Assembly (NCBI GenBank): GCA_018302745.1
Contig: JAGVZH010000002.1
Span: 1-32,906, forward strand
Length of the DNA stretch: 32,906 nt
Direction of reading: 5' to 3'
Source of the DNA: Candidatus Woesearchaeota archaeon
GTDB lineage: Archaea; Nanobdellota; Nanobdellia; SCGC-AAA011-G17; JAGVZH01
Shown here: in pieces, positions 7,605-16,186 of the stretch
How positions within the stretch are numbered: position 1 is the stretch's first letter
Layout: every line of letters begins with the position of its first letter
Made by a program: the position numbers and the translations under genes
Notes under the pieces: model-generated
What the model was told of the DNA's origin: nothing
Database searches by the model: none
Seen by the model: only the letters and a program-made list of their open reading frames with translations

Positions 7605-9842
7605 ATGAAAGAAGAAACAGTAGCGATAAAAGGAATGCATTGTGCTAGTTGTGCTTTTAATATTGAAAACAAACTTACAAATAGTAAGGGTGTGAAAAAT
7701 GTAAAAGTAAACTATGCAACAGAGAAAGCAACAATAATATACGATGACACAGTTACATCAGTAGAGAATCTAAATGCTGATGTGAAAGATATTGGATACG
7801 AATTAGATATACATACAGATAATCATGCTCATCATAAGTTAGAAGAGTTAAACAAGCAAAGAAATAGACTCTACTTTCTACTACCAGTTGCCACCTTTCT
7901 CTTTCTTTTCATGCTCTACGATTTAATATCTCAAAGAGTATCATACCTTCCTATGATAGAGATAAATATGGTGGTATTTAACTCTATTCTCTTCTTGATA
8001 TCTACTGTAACTATATTTATCTTTGGTAAGCAATTTGTAGAAGGATTACTCAGATTCATCAGAGGTAAGGGTGCTGATATGGATACACTAATTGGATTGG
8101 GAACAATTGCAGCATATATTTACAGTACTGTACTCCTTGTATCTCTCCTTTTTAATATAGAACTAGGATTACCTGAATCAATGTATTATGATTCTGTAAT
8201 CATAGTAATTGGGTTTGTACTTCTAGGAAAGTTTTTAGAAGCAAGATCAAAGATAAAGACTGGAGAAGCAATACAGAAATTGTTAAACCTTCAAGCTAAG
8301 ACTGCAGTAGTTGAAAGAGATGGTAAAGAAAAAAAAATAGATGTATCAGAAATAGTAATAGGAGATATATTAATAATAAAGGCTGGAGCAAAGATTCCTG
8401 TTGATGGAAAGATAGTAAGTGGTTTGGGAGTATTAGACTTAGCAATGCTTACTGGAGAACCCATTCCTGTTGAAAAAACAATTGGAGATGATGTTTTTAG
8501 TGGTTCAGTAAACAAACAGGGATATTTTAAATTCAAAGCTCTAAAAGTTGGATCCGATACCATGCTTTCTACAATAATAAAAATGGTAGAAGAAGCACAA
8601 AACAGTAAAGCCCCTATACAAAACCTCGCAGATAAAATATCTAGTATATTTGTACCTACAGTATTAGTAATTGCAATCCTTTCTCTACTTGTATGGATAT
8701 TTGTAGGGCAACAGTACCTACCATTTAACGATGCCCTTACATATGGTATATCTTCTTTTGTTGCAGTATTAGTAATTGCGTGTCCATGTGCTCTAGGACT
8801 AGCAACACCTACTGCAATAATTGTAGGTGTAGGAAAGGGTGCTCAGAATGGAATATTAATTAAAAATGCAGAGAGTTTAGAAAAACTTTATAAGGTTGAT
8901 ACAGTAATATTTGATAAAACAGGAACATTAACAAAAGGACAGCCAGAGGTAACAGACATAATATTTAATGGTAAAGATAAGGATAATATACTAAGTCTTT
9001 TGTACTCACTTGAAGAGAAGTCAGACCACCCATTGGCAATAGCTATTCAAAATAAGGCGAAGGAGTTAAATATTAAACTTAAAGTAGTTGATAATTTTAA
9101 AAATATAGATGGTAGAGGTGTAAGTGGAACTATTGAAAAAAACTCATATTATGCAGGAAATTCCAAATTTATCGAAGATCTTGGAATAACTGTAGACAAG
9201 AATATTCTTAAAGAACTTTCTAAAGAAGGAAAAACACCAATAATATTTGCAAACAGTAAGGAGACACTAGCAATTGTTGTAATTGCAGATCAAATAAAAA
9301 AAGAAAGTAAAAAAGTAATAGAAGAACTACACTCTCTTGGAATAAAAACTGCAATGTTAACTGGAGATAATAGTAATGTTGCAAATAATATAGCAAAAGA
9401 CTTGGATATAGATATGGTATATGCAGAAGTATTACCAAATGAAAAAGCAAATATTGTTAAAAAATTACAAAACAATGGGAACTTTGTAGCTATGGTAGGA
9501 GATGGAATAAATGATGCTCCTGCACTTGCTCAATCAAATGTAGGTATAGCAATGGCAACAGGTACTGATATAGCAATAGAATCATCTGATATAACACTTC
9601 TTGGTGGAGATATTAGTAAATTACCAAAGGCATTAAAATTATCAAGGAATACGATGAAGACAATTAAACAGAATCTCTTCTGGGCATTCTTTTATAATAT
9701 ATTAGGAATACCTCTTGCTGCTGGTCTTTTCTATCCAATGTTTGGAATACTACTTGAACCTGCGTTTGCTGGTATCGCCATGGCATTAAGTAGTGTAACA
9801 GTTGTTAGTAACTCTTTAAGATTAAAATTAACTAAAATATAG
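7605..9842 (+). CDS. copA: Copper-translocating P1B-type ATPase
   Basis: N-terminal HMA domain GMHCASC, TM CPC motif (ACPCALGLATP), DKTGTLT phosphorylation site and GDGINDAP hinge. 745 aa. Confidence 0.93.
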   Translation: MKEETVAIKGMHCASCAFNIENKLTNSKGVKNVKVNYATEKATIIYDDTVTSVENLNADVKDIGYELDIHTDNHAHHKLEELNKQRNRLYFLLPVATFLFLFMLYDLISQRVSYLPMIEINMVVFNSILFLISTVTIFIFGKQFVEGLLRFIRGKGADMDTLIGLGTIAAYIYSTVLLVSLLFNIELGLPESMYYDSVIIVIGFVLLGKFLEARSKIKTGEAIQKLLNLQAKTAVVERDGKEKKIDVSEIVIGDILIIKAGAKIPVDGKIVSGLGVLDLAMLTGEPIPVEKTIGDDVFSGSVNKQGYFKFKALKVGSDTMLSTIIKMVEEAQNSKAPIQNLADKISSIFVPTVLVIAILSLLVWIFVGQQYLPFNDALTYGISSFVAVLVIACPCALGLATPTAIIVGVGKGAQNGILIKNAESLEKLYKVDTVIFDKTGTLTKGQPEVTDIIFNGKDKDNILSLLYSLEEKSDHPLAIAIQNKAKELNIKLKVVDNFKNIDGRGVSGTIEKNSYYAGNSKFIEDLGITVDKNILKELSKEGKTPIIFANSKETLAIVVIADQIKKESKKVIEELHSLGIKTAMLTGDNSNVANNIAKDLDIDMVYAEVLPNEKANIVKKLQNNGNFVAMVGDGINDAPALAQSNVGIAMATGTDIAIESSDITLLGGDISKLPKALKLSRNTMKTIKQNLFWAFFYNILGIPLAAGLFYPMFGILLEPAFAGIAMALSSVTVVSNSLRLKLTKI

Positions 9843-9843
9843 T

Positions 9844-10851
9844 ATGAGTAATACAAAAGAACTATATGTAACAGGGATGCATTGTAAGTCTTGTGAAGTC
9901 CTCATTGAAAACAAATTAAACAAAATAGATGGACTTAAGGATGTAAAAGCAGATTTAAATAGCAATAAAGTAAGTTTTAGAACAGAACAAAGTAATAAAG
10001 AAATCATTAAAGAAATTAATGATGTGATAAAACAACACGGATATACAGTACAAGAGCAACAATTAAAGAATAAAGTTGATTATAAAGAATTCGTATATGC
10101 CTTATTAATAGCTACTGGAATCTCTACAATATTTGTTGTAATTCAAAATTTAGGTGTAACAAATCTTGTTAACGCAGGAACATTAACATACCCAGTAGTG
10201 TTTCTAATTGGAGTAATAGCCTCAATATCTACATGTATGGCTGTAGTTGGAGGTCTAGTACTTTCAATATCCTCTACATATGCAAAAAGTAAATCTAAAG
10301 GTATTCCACTTACCCTATTCCATATTGCAAGATTACTCTCCTTTTTTATTCTTGGTGGAGTATTAGGATATATCGGAACTTTCTTTACCCTATCTTCCAC
10401 CTTCTACTTTGTAATCAGTACTGTTCTTTTCTTTGTAATGGTAATACTTGCTATAAACCTATTAGATATATTTCCATTTTTTAACAAATTACAATTAACT
10501 ATGCCAAAGCAACTAACATCTGGCATATTAAAAACAGAAAAGATGAAGAATATCTTTACTCCAATTCTATTAGGAGCAAGTACCTTTTTCTTACCATGTG
10601 GTTTTACTCAATCTATGCAGATTAATGCAATAGCTTCAGGTAGTACATTAAATGGTGCATTGATAATGTTAATATTTGCACTAGGTACATTACCAGTACT
10701 AGCTTTAATATCATTCGGCTCAACTAAACTAGCTAAATCAGCAAGATCCTCTCTTTTTTTTAGAGCTTCTGGCTTCTTAGTTCTTTTCTTTGCAATATAT
10801 ACCTTCCTTACTTCGTTAGTATCAATAGGTATTATTAAACCTATATTTTAA
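9844..10851 (+). CDS. HMA-domain fused to DsbD_2/TauE-like polytopic membrane protein
   Basis: N-terminal GMHCKSC heavy-metal-associated domain followed by ~6-7 TM helices with an FFLPCGFTQ motif. Confidence 0.65.
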   Translation: MSNTKELYVTGMHCKSCEVLIENKLNKIDGLKDVKADLNSNKVSFRTEQSNKEIIKEINDVIKQHGYTVQEQQLKNKVDYKEFVYALLIATGISTIFVVIQNLGVTNLVNAGTLTYPVVFLIGVIASISTCMAVVGGLVLSISSTYAKSKSKGIPLTLFHIARLLSFFILGGVLGYIGTFFTLSSTFYFVISTVLFFVMVILAINLLDIFPFFNKLQLTMPKQLTSGILKTEKMKNIFTPILLGASTFFLPCGFTQSMQINAIASGSTLNGALIMLIFALGTLPVLALISFGSTKLAKSARSSLFFRASGFLVLFFAIYTFLTSLVSIGIIKPIF

Positions 10852-10869
10852 CTTTAACTATTTATACAT

Positions 10870-11121
10870 ATGCATACAGAAAAACAAAAAGCTTTAACAA
10901 ATTTTAAAAAAGTACAAAGCTTAATGGGTAAGATGATTAAAATGACTGAGAATGACGAATATTGTATTGATATAATGCAACAGAATTTAGCAGCCATTGG
11001 GATACTTAAATCGGCTCATCAGATATTAATGGAGAATCATCTTAATCACTGTTTTACTACAGCTATGACATCAAAACAGAATAAGAAGAAAGAACAAACA
11101 GGACTTGGAAAATGGGCTTAA
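10870..11121 (+). CDS. csoR: CsoR/RcnR-family metal-sensing transcriptional repressor (C-terminus looks atypical or truncated)
   Basis: ENDEYCIDIMQQNLAAIGILKSAHQILMENHLNHC carries the Cys...His...Cys metal-ligand pattern of the DUF156/CsoR family. The tail ...KKKEQTGLGKWA lacks the usual amphipathic end of helix 3. Confidence 0.7.
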   Translation: MHTEKQKALTNFKKVQSLMGKMIKMTENDEYCIDIMQQNLAAIGILKSAHQILMENHLNHCFTTAMTSKQNKKKEQTGLGKWA

Positions 11122-12551
11122 GATGGAGCAGATTTTTTTACTCTATTATAAAGTCTTACTAATTCTCTTGGAATTCTGTCTTTAGGATCTATATTATTGG
11201 CAATAGTTGTTCTTAATATTTCTAACCTGTCTCTGTGTCTTCTAGCCTCTTCTAGGGATGCTGCTAACTGTCTTTTAATTTGTATTGAAGTCCCACATAA
11301 TTCCCTGATATTATTCCAATCTGCTGGAGGTGTCCAAATAGCATTTCTGATTTCATTTAATCTAGCTCTAAAAAGGTTTGTTAAGTTTGTTACACCTTCC
11401 ATTTCTTGATAAAACTCTGAACCTTCTCTAATCTCATTTATTAAAACATTCAAATCCTCACTATACACTCTTACTATTCTTTCTAATTCCTCAACTGCTC
11501 CAGGAATCCCTCTAAAACTTTCCCTTGCATCTCCTGCATATTGTTCTAAGTACGCTAAAAGCCTTTGAGGCTGTAAATTAAATATATTTTCTATAACTCT
11601 CTGAATAATTAGGTTATAATCTTCTATTTTATTTTCACTTTCTACTATGCTTGTCACTTTCTTTTTTACTACACCTTCAGCCCTTTTAATGTCCTCTTGG
11701 CTAATGCCTACTCTCAATACAGAAGAGTCAATTAATGGTATTATTCCCTCTAATTCTTTAATCTGCTTTGAAGTTTCTTTAACTTCATTAATAAAAGCAT
11801 TTCTTTCATCTGAAAGATTTGTTCCTCTTACACCTTTCCAAAAATCTCCAAAAACTCCTCCTAAATTTCTTAAGTCTTTTCCAGCTTTAGCAGATGCAGC
11901 CCTAGCAAGATCACTCATTTGCGGACTGGATGTTAACCTTTCATGGATATCCTGCATTGTTTTCTGGCTTGGAGTAAATGCTCTTCTGCCAAATGAGATT
12001 ATTCTAAATACAATTACAAAGAAGCTTATTAATGCTATGATGCTTATCAAGCCCCAAATAATATCCCATGGACTTTCTGACACAAGTTCGATAAAGAAGA
12101 ATTGACCAGCCAGCCATACAACAAAAAAAGCAATAGAAGCAGCCCCAATTTTGTCATTATATCCTGGAAATCCAATTCCAACAAACATTCTGTAAATTAA
12201 AAAAGCGCCAAAAATGATAAGCAAAGCTCCAGCAACAGGCCCTGCTATTTCTAATAAATCAGGCTCTAATCTTATAAGGCCTAAAGCTAAAAGCAAACCT
12301 AAAGCCCAGATAAGTATCTTTCCGCCTGTTTTTCCTTCCAGTCTTTTCCCCAATCCTATGTATACTACGCTGACAAAGAAAAGAAGGATTATTATTGCAG
12401 ATATCCAAGGTCCATTAGTAGGAGAAGTAATAAGGCCAGAAAGCTGCAGCATAATATTGCTAACAGGTTCAAAAAGATTTTGAGCTAGAACAGAAGGAAT
12501 TGCAAATAAAGAAGCTAAGAAAATGCTGCTTAATAACCTCTTTTTGTTCAT
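11118..12551 (-). CDS. Hypothetical polytopic membrane protein with long C-terminal alpha-helical domain (477 aa)
   Basis: Signal-like N-terminus MNKKRLLSSIFLASLFAIPSVLAQ, about 6-7 TM helices, then ~280 aa of helical and charged sequence. No family recognised. Confidence 0.55.
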   Translation of the reverse strand: MNKKRLLSSIFLASLFAIPSVLAQNLFEPVSNIMLQLSGLITSPTNGPWISAIIILLFFVSVVYIGLGKRLEGKTGGKILIWALGLLLALGLIRLEPDLLEIAGPVAGALLIIFGAFLIYRMFVGIGFPGYNDKIGAASIAFFVVWLAGQFFFIELVSESPWDIIWGLISIIALISFFVIVFRIISFGRRAFTPSQKTMQDIHERLTSSPQMSDLARAASAKAGKDLRNLGGVFGDFWKGVRGTNLSDERNAFINEVKETSKQIKELEGIIPLIDSSVLRVGISQEDIKRAEGVVKKKVTSIVESENKIEDYNLIIQRVIENIFNLQPQRLLAYLEQYAGDARESFRGIPGAVEELERIVRVYSEDLNVLINEIREGSEFYQEMEGVTNLTNLFRARLNEIRNAIWTPPADWNNIRELCGTSIQIKRQLAASLEEARRHRDRLEILRTTIANNIDPKDRIPRELVRLYNRVKKSAPS

Positions 12552-12582
12552 ATTATCACTCTTTATAATGAAACTTTAAGAA

Positions 12583-12594
12583 ATATTTAAATAT
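12583..12594. promoter_or_regulatory. Palindromic TATA-like element ATATTTAAATAT between divergent genes
   Basis: Perfect palindrome centred ~27 nt upstream of the trm5 ATG (12616) and ~37 nt upstream of the divergent ATG (12551). Confidence 0.4.
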
Positions 12595-12615
12595 AAACCT
12601 TTCGGATTAAATGAA

Positions 12616-13335
12616 ATGAAATCATACAATTTAATAGGTTCTATAGCTGTTTTAAACGAGAAGACGAGAAATAAGGAAAAAACAGCTGAAGAACTGTTAA
12701 AAAAGCACAAAAACATAAAAACAGTAGTGATAAGCAAAAGTATTCATTCTGGATTATACAGGTTGAGAAAAACAAAGCATATTTTGGGTGAAAAAACAAA
12801 AGAAACTATACATAAAGAAAATAAATCAGTATTAAAGCTAAATATAGACGCATGCTATTTCTCACCAAGAACTTCCTCAGAAAGATTAAGGATAGCAAAA
12901 TTAGTAAAGAAAAGTGAAGTCATCTTAGTAATGTTTTCTGGAATAGCCCCTTATCCAATTGTAATAGCAAAAAATGCAAATCCTAAAAAAATTTATGGTA
13001 TTGAAACGAACAAAGAAGCGCACAAATATGCTTTGGAGAATATAAAATTAAACAGATTAAACAATATAGAATTAATAAGAGGAAATGTAAAAAAAGTAAT
13101 GCCTAAATTAAAAATAAAATTTGACAGAATCATAATGCCTCTTCCAAAAACATCTTTTAGATATTTTGACCTCCCAATTAAAAATTTAAAGAAAAAAGGA
13201 TATTTACATTATTACTTGTTTGCTAAAAGACTTCCTAAAAAAGATATTAAAGGATTAAAAATTAAGAAAGTAACAAGATTAAACCAGATTTCTCCTGGAA
13301 AATACAAGTACTGCATAGACTTTCAAAAAGCTTAA
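12616..13335 (+). CDS. trm5: tRNA (guanine37-N1)-methyltransferase Trm5/Taw2-family, short form lacking the D1 domain
   Basis: Starts with a D2-like YNLIGSIAVL. SAM motif I VMFSGIAPYPIVIAK and the IIMPLPKTS catalytic (NLPK-like) loop are present. 239 aa. Confidence 0.65.
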   Translation: MKSYNLIGSIAVLNEKTRNKEKTAEELLKKHKNIKTVVISKSIHSGLYRLRKTKHILGEKTKETIHKENKSVLKLNIDACYFSPRTSSERLRIAKLVKKSEVILVMFSGIAPYPIVIAKNANPKKIYGIETNKEAHKYALENIKLNRLNNIELIRGNVKKVMPKLKIKFDRIIMPLPKTSFRYFDLPIKNLKKKGYLHYYLFAKRLPKKDIKGLKIKKVTRLNQISPGKYKYCIDFQKA

Positions 13336-13359
13336 ATACATTGCAAATAAAATTTAATA

Positions 13360-14010
13360 ATGCCAAAAAAGAGAAAAAATAGGTCAGCAAAAAAAAGAGG
13401 CAAAAAACCTTCTTTAAAGTTAATTGATCAAAAGTTGAACTTAATTCTGAAAAAAGAGAATAGGCAGCTAAAAGGGCAGAAGAAATTTTTTAAACTGGAA
13501 AAAGAGCAGTTAGAGGAAGTTGAAGATTTTGAAAACTTGGAAAGAAAGCAGTTAAAGGAGCTTTCTGGCATTGAAGAATTGGAAAGAGAAATAAAAGAGC
13601 AGGTTTCTCCGCATCCATTAAGAAGAATTACAATTAGGGATATAAGCAAAGCTTTGATAGGAGCATTTATAGGAATAATTTCTCATTTTGCATTTTCAGA
13701 AGGGGCACATTTAGCAGAAGGAGTGTCTGTAGGAAGAGCATCTTTTATTTTATTAGTGTCTTTTTTAATAGGGTTTATTTTTATTTACCTTACTGGTTAT
13801 AGAAAAATTTTAGACAGAAAACTTTTATTTTTCCTGCCTGTTAGATTAGTGGCAATATATTTAGTAACTTTAGCAACTGTATTTTTTGTGTTATACACTT
13901 TTAATTTCACAGTCGGGGCAGACATAAGTTTAATATACAAGCAGGTAGCTGTAGTATCATTGCCAGCTATTATTGGGGCAAGCGCAGCTGACTTAATCGG
14001 AAGAGAATAA
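13360..14010 (+). CDS. Hypothetical protein: basic/coiled-coil N-terminus plus 4-TM C-terminal domain
   Basis: MPKKRKNRSAKKRGKKPS..., a charged heptad-like stretch, then four hydrophobic helices. Confidence 0.5.
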   Translation: MPKKRKNRSAKKRGKKPSLKLIDQKLNLILKKENRQLKGQKKFFKLEKEQLEEVEDFENLERKQLKELSGIEELEREIKEQVSPHPLRRITIRDISKALIGAFIGIISHFAFSEGAHLAEGVSVGRASFILLVSFLIGFIFIYLTGYRKILDRKLLFFLPVRLVAIYLVTLATVFFVLYTFNFTVGADISLIYKQVAVVSLPAIIGASAADLIGRE

Positions 14011-14399
14011 TGGAAGAAAAGGAAAAAAGAAATTTTAGAATAAAATCTACATTTCATAATTTAATAGATAAACTTATAGATACTCTAATAAGCGAGATAA
14101 ATGAAGGCAGGCAGACAAAACTTACTGAAGATTTCCAGAAATATTTAATAGAGTTAATATCAATAACTGGAATACAAAGTAAAAAAGAACAAGATTCCGG
14201 ATTAAAGAGAATATTTGAGAAACAAGAAAAATCCTTAAAGAGTTTGTTATTATCAATTAACGAAATTAAAAAGAAAATTAAATTAGGAGAGACTACAGAC
14301 AGCTCATCAATAAGAAATTCTGCAGATGAATTTAAAAAATTGCTTAAAGAAGAAATAGCTTCTAAAAGCAGTATGAAAAAAAACAAAGAAGCAGCCTAA
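14010..14399 (+). CDS. Hypothetical coiled-coil protein (129 aa)
   Basis: K/E-rich helical ORF whose start overlaps the upstream stop (TAATG at 14008-14012). The antisense ORF 14054..14386 has the F/S/L-rich look of a shadow frame. Confidence 0.4.
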   Translation: MEEKEKRNFRIKSTFHNLIDKLIDTLISEINEGRQTKLTEDFQKYLIELISITGIQSKKEQDSGLKRIFEKQEKSLKSLLLSINEIKKKIKLGETTDSSSIRNSADEFKKLLKEEIASKSSMKKNKEAA

Positions 14400-16186
14400 A
14401 TATTCAATTTTAATCTCATTCTTGATGATTTGATTGCACTAGGAGCTTCTCCACCATGCCAGCTGAATCTTGGCCTTATTCTCATTGGATAAATTCTTTC
14501 GGAATTATCATCTAAAATGACAGCAGCACCTTTCTCACCAGGCAATTCATTTACAGCTTCTGTTAACCCTCTTACCATATAACTTTGCATCATTGCATTT
14601 AATGCATCAACATCTTTTTTAGCAGTTATTTTATGAGCTATTATTAAATCACTTTGAGTTAAAACATCTCCATGTATCTTTCCAGGCTGCTGTGTAGCTA
14701 GGATTAAACTGATTCCTGGCTGCCTTCCTTCCTTGAGTATTGTAACTAATGCATCTGTAGCAGCATTCTTTCCTTTTTCTGGAAGAAATTCATGGCTTTC
14801 ATCTATGACCAGCCAGACCATCGGCAATTTGCTTTCAGTTTCTTCTTCACCAGTTTCTCCCAAGTAACTATAGCCTTTTTGTACAGCATCTAATTCCTCC
14901 TGCTTTCTGGTAATCATTCTTTCTGTAAATAATTTTTTTGCTATCAAACCTACTGCCAGTCCTTTGATTCCCCATCCTCCAGGAGTTGTAGCATAGCAGC
15001 TTACATCTAAAACAGAGACTTGCCCTCCTTTGATAATGTCTTTTATTTTTGTCCCCCCTTTATCAAATAATCCCCAGTCATTTGCTGTTAACAATAGGCT
15101 GATTGTTTTATTTTTTGTATTTTCATCAGATTGAATATCTCTTTGAACAGCATCTGCGAAATCCTTAACACTATAATTTTGCCCTTCCAATCTTTTTATT
15201 ACTCTATGCATTAATACTCCTGAAGAGCTGAACTGCTCTATTCCAAAAGCATTGCACCAGTCTAAAGCATCTAATTCATTTGGTTTAATTGAAAATGGAA
15301 AATCTGTTGGGATTCCATCTTCCAAATACTGTTGGTAATATCCCTTTGGGGTGTAAATCTTAATGTCTAATCCTTTGCTTTCTAAATTCCATTGCTTCAA
15401 CAAATCTTCGTCCTTTCTGTTTTCAGTTTTCATTGTCCAAAAAATTCCCATAGTATCTAAAATTAAAACAGCAACATTATTTTTGACTTCTTCAGGAAGA
15501 TCAGCAACACCTTCTGCTATGACTCCTTGTGAATAGCTATTATGGACTATAATATCATTAGCAACAAAATTATGAAAGTTTGGAACATTAATATCATAAA
15601 CTGTAAACTTTCCTTCTAGTAATTCCATACTTACTATTTCGTCCCAAAAAATATCCGATTCAGCAAGTAGTTTAATGCCTTGATTTTGATCAGCCTCAGA
15701 GATTTGTAATAAAGTATCTCTTGATGGACTATATCTTAATCTTTCCCTCATTGCTTTCGGATGTTTATAACCAAAAGCCCTTCCAACCTCTGCCCAATTT
15801 TTAGGTTTGTATAAATCCCATACTTCTTTTGGAATTGTATCAATATTTGGATTTCTGATAGTTTTATTTAAATAATCTAAAGCTAATCCTTCTTTAATTT
15901 TTTTTATACCAAAGAAACCTATATTTTCTATAAATTTTTTAACATTTACCCCATTAAGCACTAATTCAAAGGCATCCTTATAATAACCATTATATTTAAC
16001 TTTTTTATATCTAAGTTTGGATAAAATGTCAAATCGTAGTAATAAATTTTGTATTTGTCTAATAAGCTTTTCAGAAGAAGAACTGTATGATACCTCCCAA
16101 TCTCCTTTATTTAGATGATAAATGCTTCCATCGCATGAAAATAATCTATTTAAGAATAATCTAATGCCTTCTTTATTTAAGGCCAT
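14396..16186 (-). CDS. HerA/DUF87-like P-loop ATPase: C-terminal intein part (residues 1-216) plus C-extein (from Ser217)
   Basis: LAGLIDADG-2 FLNRLFSCDGS; intein blocks F/G VYDINVPNFHNFVANDIIVHN followed by +1 Ser. The extein SYSQGVIAEG...MVWLVIDESHEF (Walker B)...ATQQPG is typical of HerA-like ATPases. Confidence 0.8.
   Translation of the reverse strand: MALNKEGIRLFLNRLFSCDGSIYHLNKGDWEVSYSSSSEKLIRQIQNLLLRFDILSKLRYKKVKYNGYYKDAFELVLNGVNVKKFIENIGFFGIKKIKEGLALDYLNKTIRNPNIDTIPKEVWDLYKPKNWAEVGRAFGYKHPKAMRERLRYSPSRDTLLQISEADQNQGIKLLAESDIFWDEIVSMELLEGKFTVYDINVPNFHNFVANDIIVHNSYSQGVIAEGVADLPEEVKNNVAVLILDTMGIFWTMKTENRKDEDLLKQWNLESKGLDIKIYTPKGYYQQYLEDGIPTDFPFSIKPNELDALDWCNAFGIEQFSSSGVLMHRVIKRLEGQNYSVKDFADAVQRDIQSDENTKNKTISLLLTANDWGLFDKGGTKIKDIIKGGQVSVLDVSCYATTPGGWGIKGLAVGLIAKKLFTERMITRKQEELDAVQKGYSYLGETGEEETESKLPMVWLVIDESHEFLPEKGKNAATDALVTILKEGRQPGISLILATQQPGKIHGDVLTQSDLIIAHKITAKKDVDALNAMMQSYMVRGLTEAVNELPGEKGAAVILDDNSERIYPMRIRPRFSWHGGEAPSAIKSSRMRLKLNI

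Noticed and set aside
10851-12616. Mobile-element explanation for the bacterial/archaeal junction (integrase, transposase, tRNA att site, terminal inverted or direct repeats).
   Set aside because: No such gene or repeat was recognised near the boundary or at the left window edge. Absence within one window does not exclude an element whose other end lies beyond position 1.
14054-14386. 110-aa minus-strand ORF as an alternative to the 129-aa plus-strand coiled-coil ORF.
   Set aside because: Its sequence is F/S/L-rich shadow-like. The plus-strand ORF is translationally coupled to the upstream gene and reads as a plausible helical protein. Confidence in either is modest.
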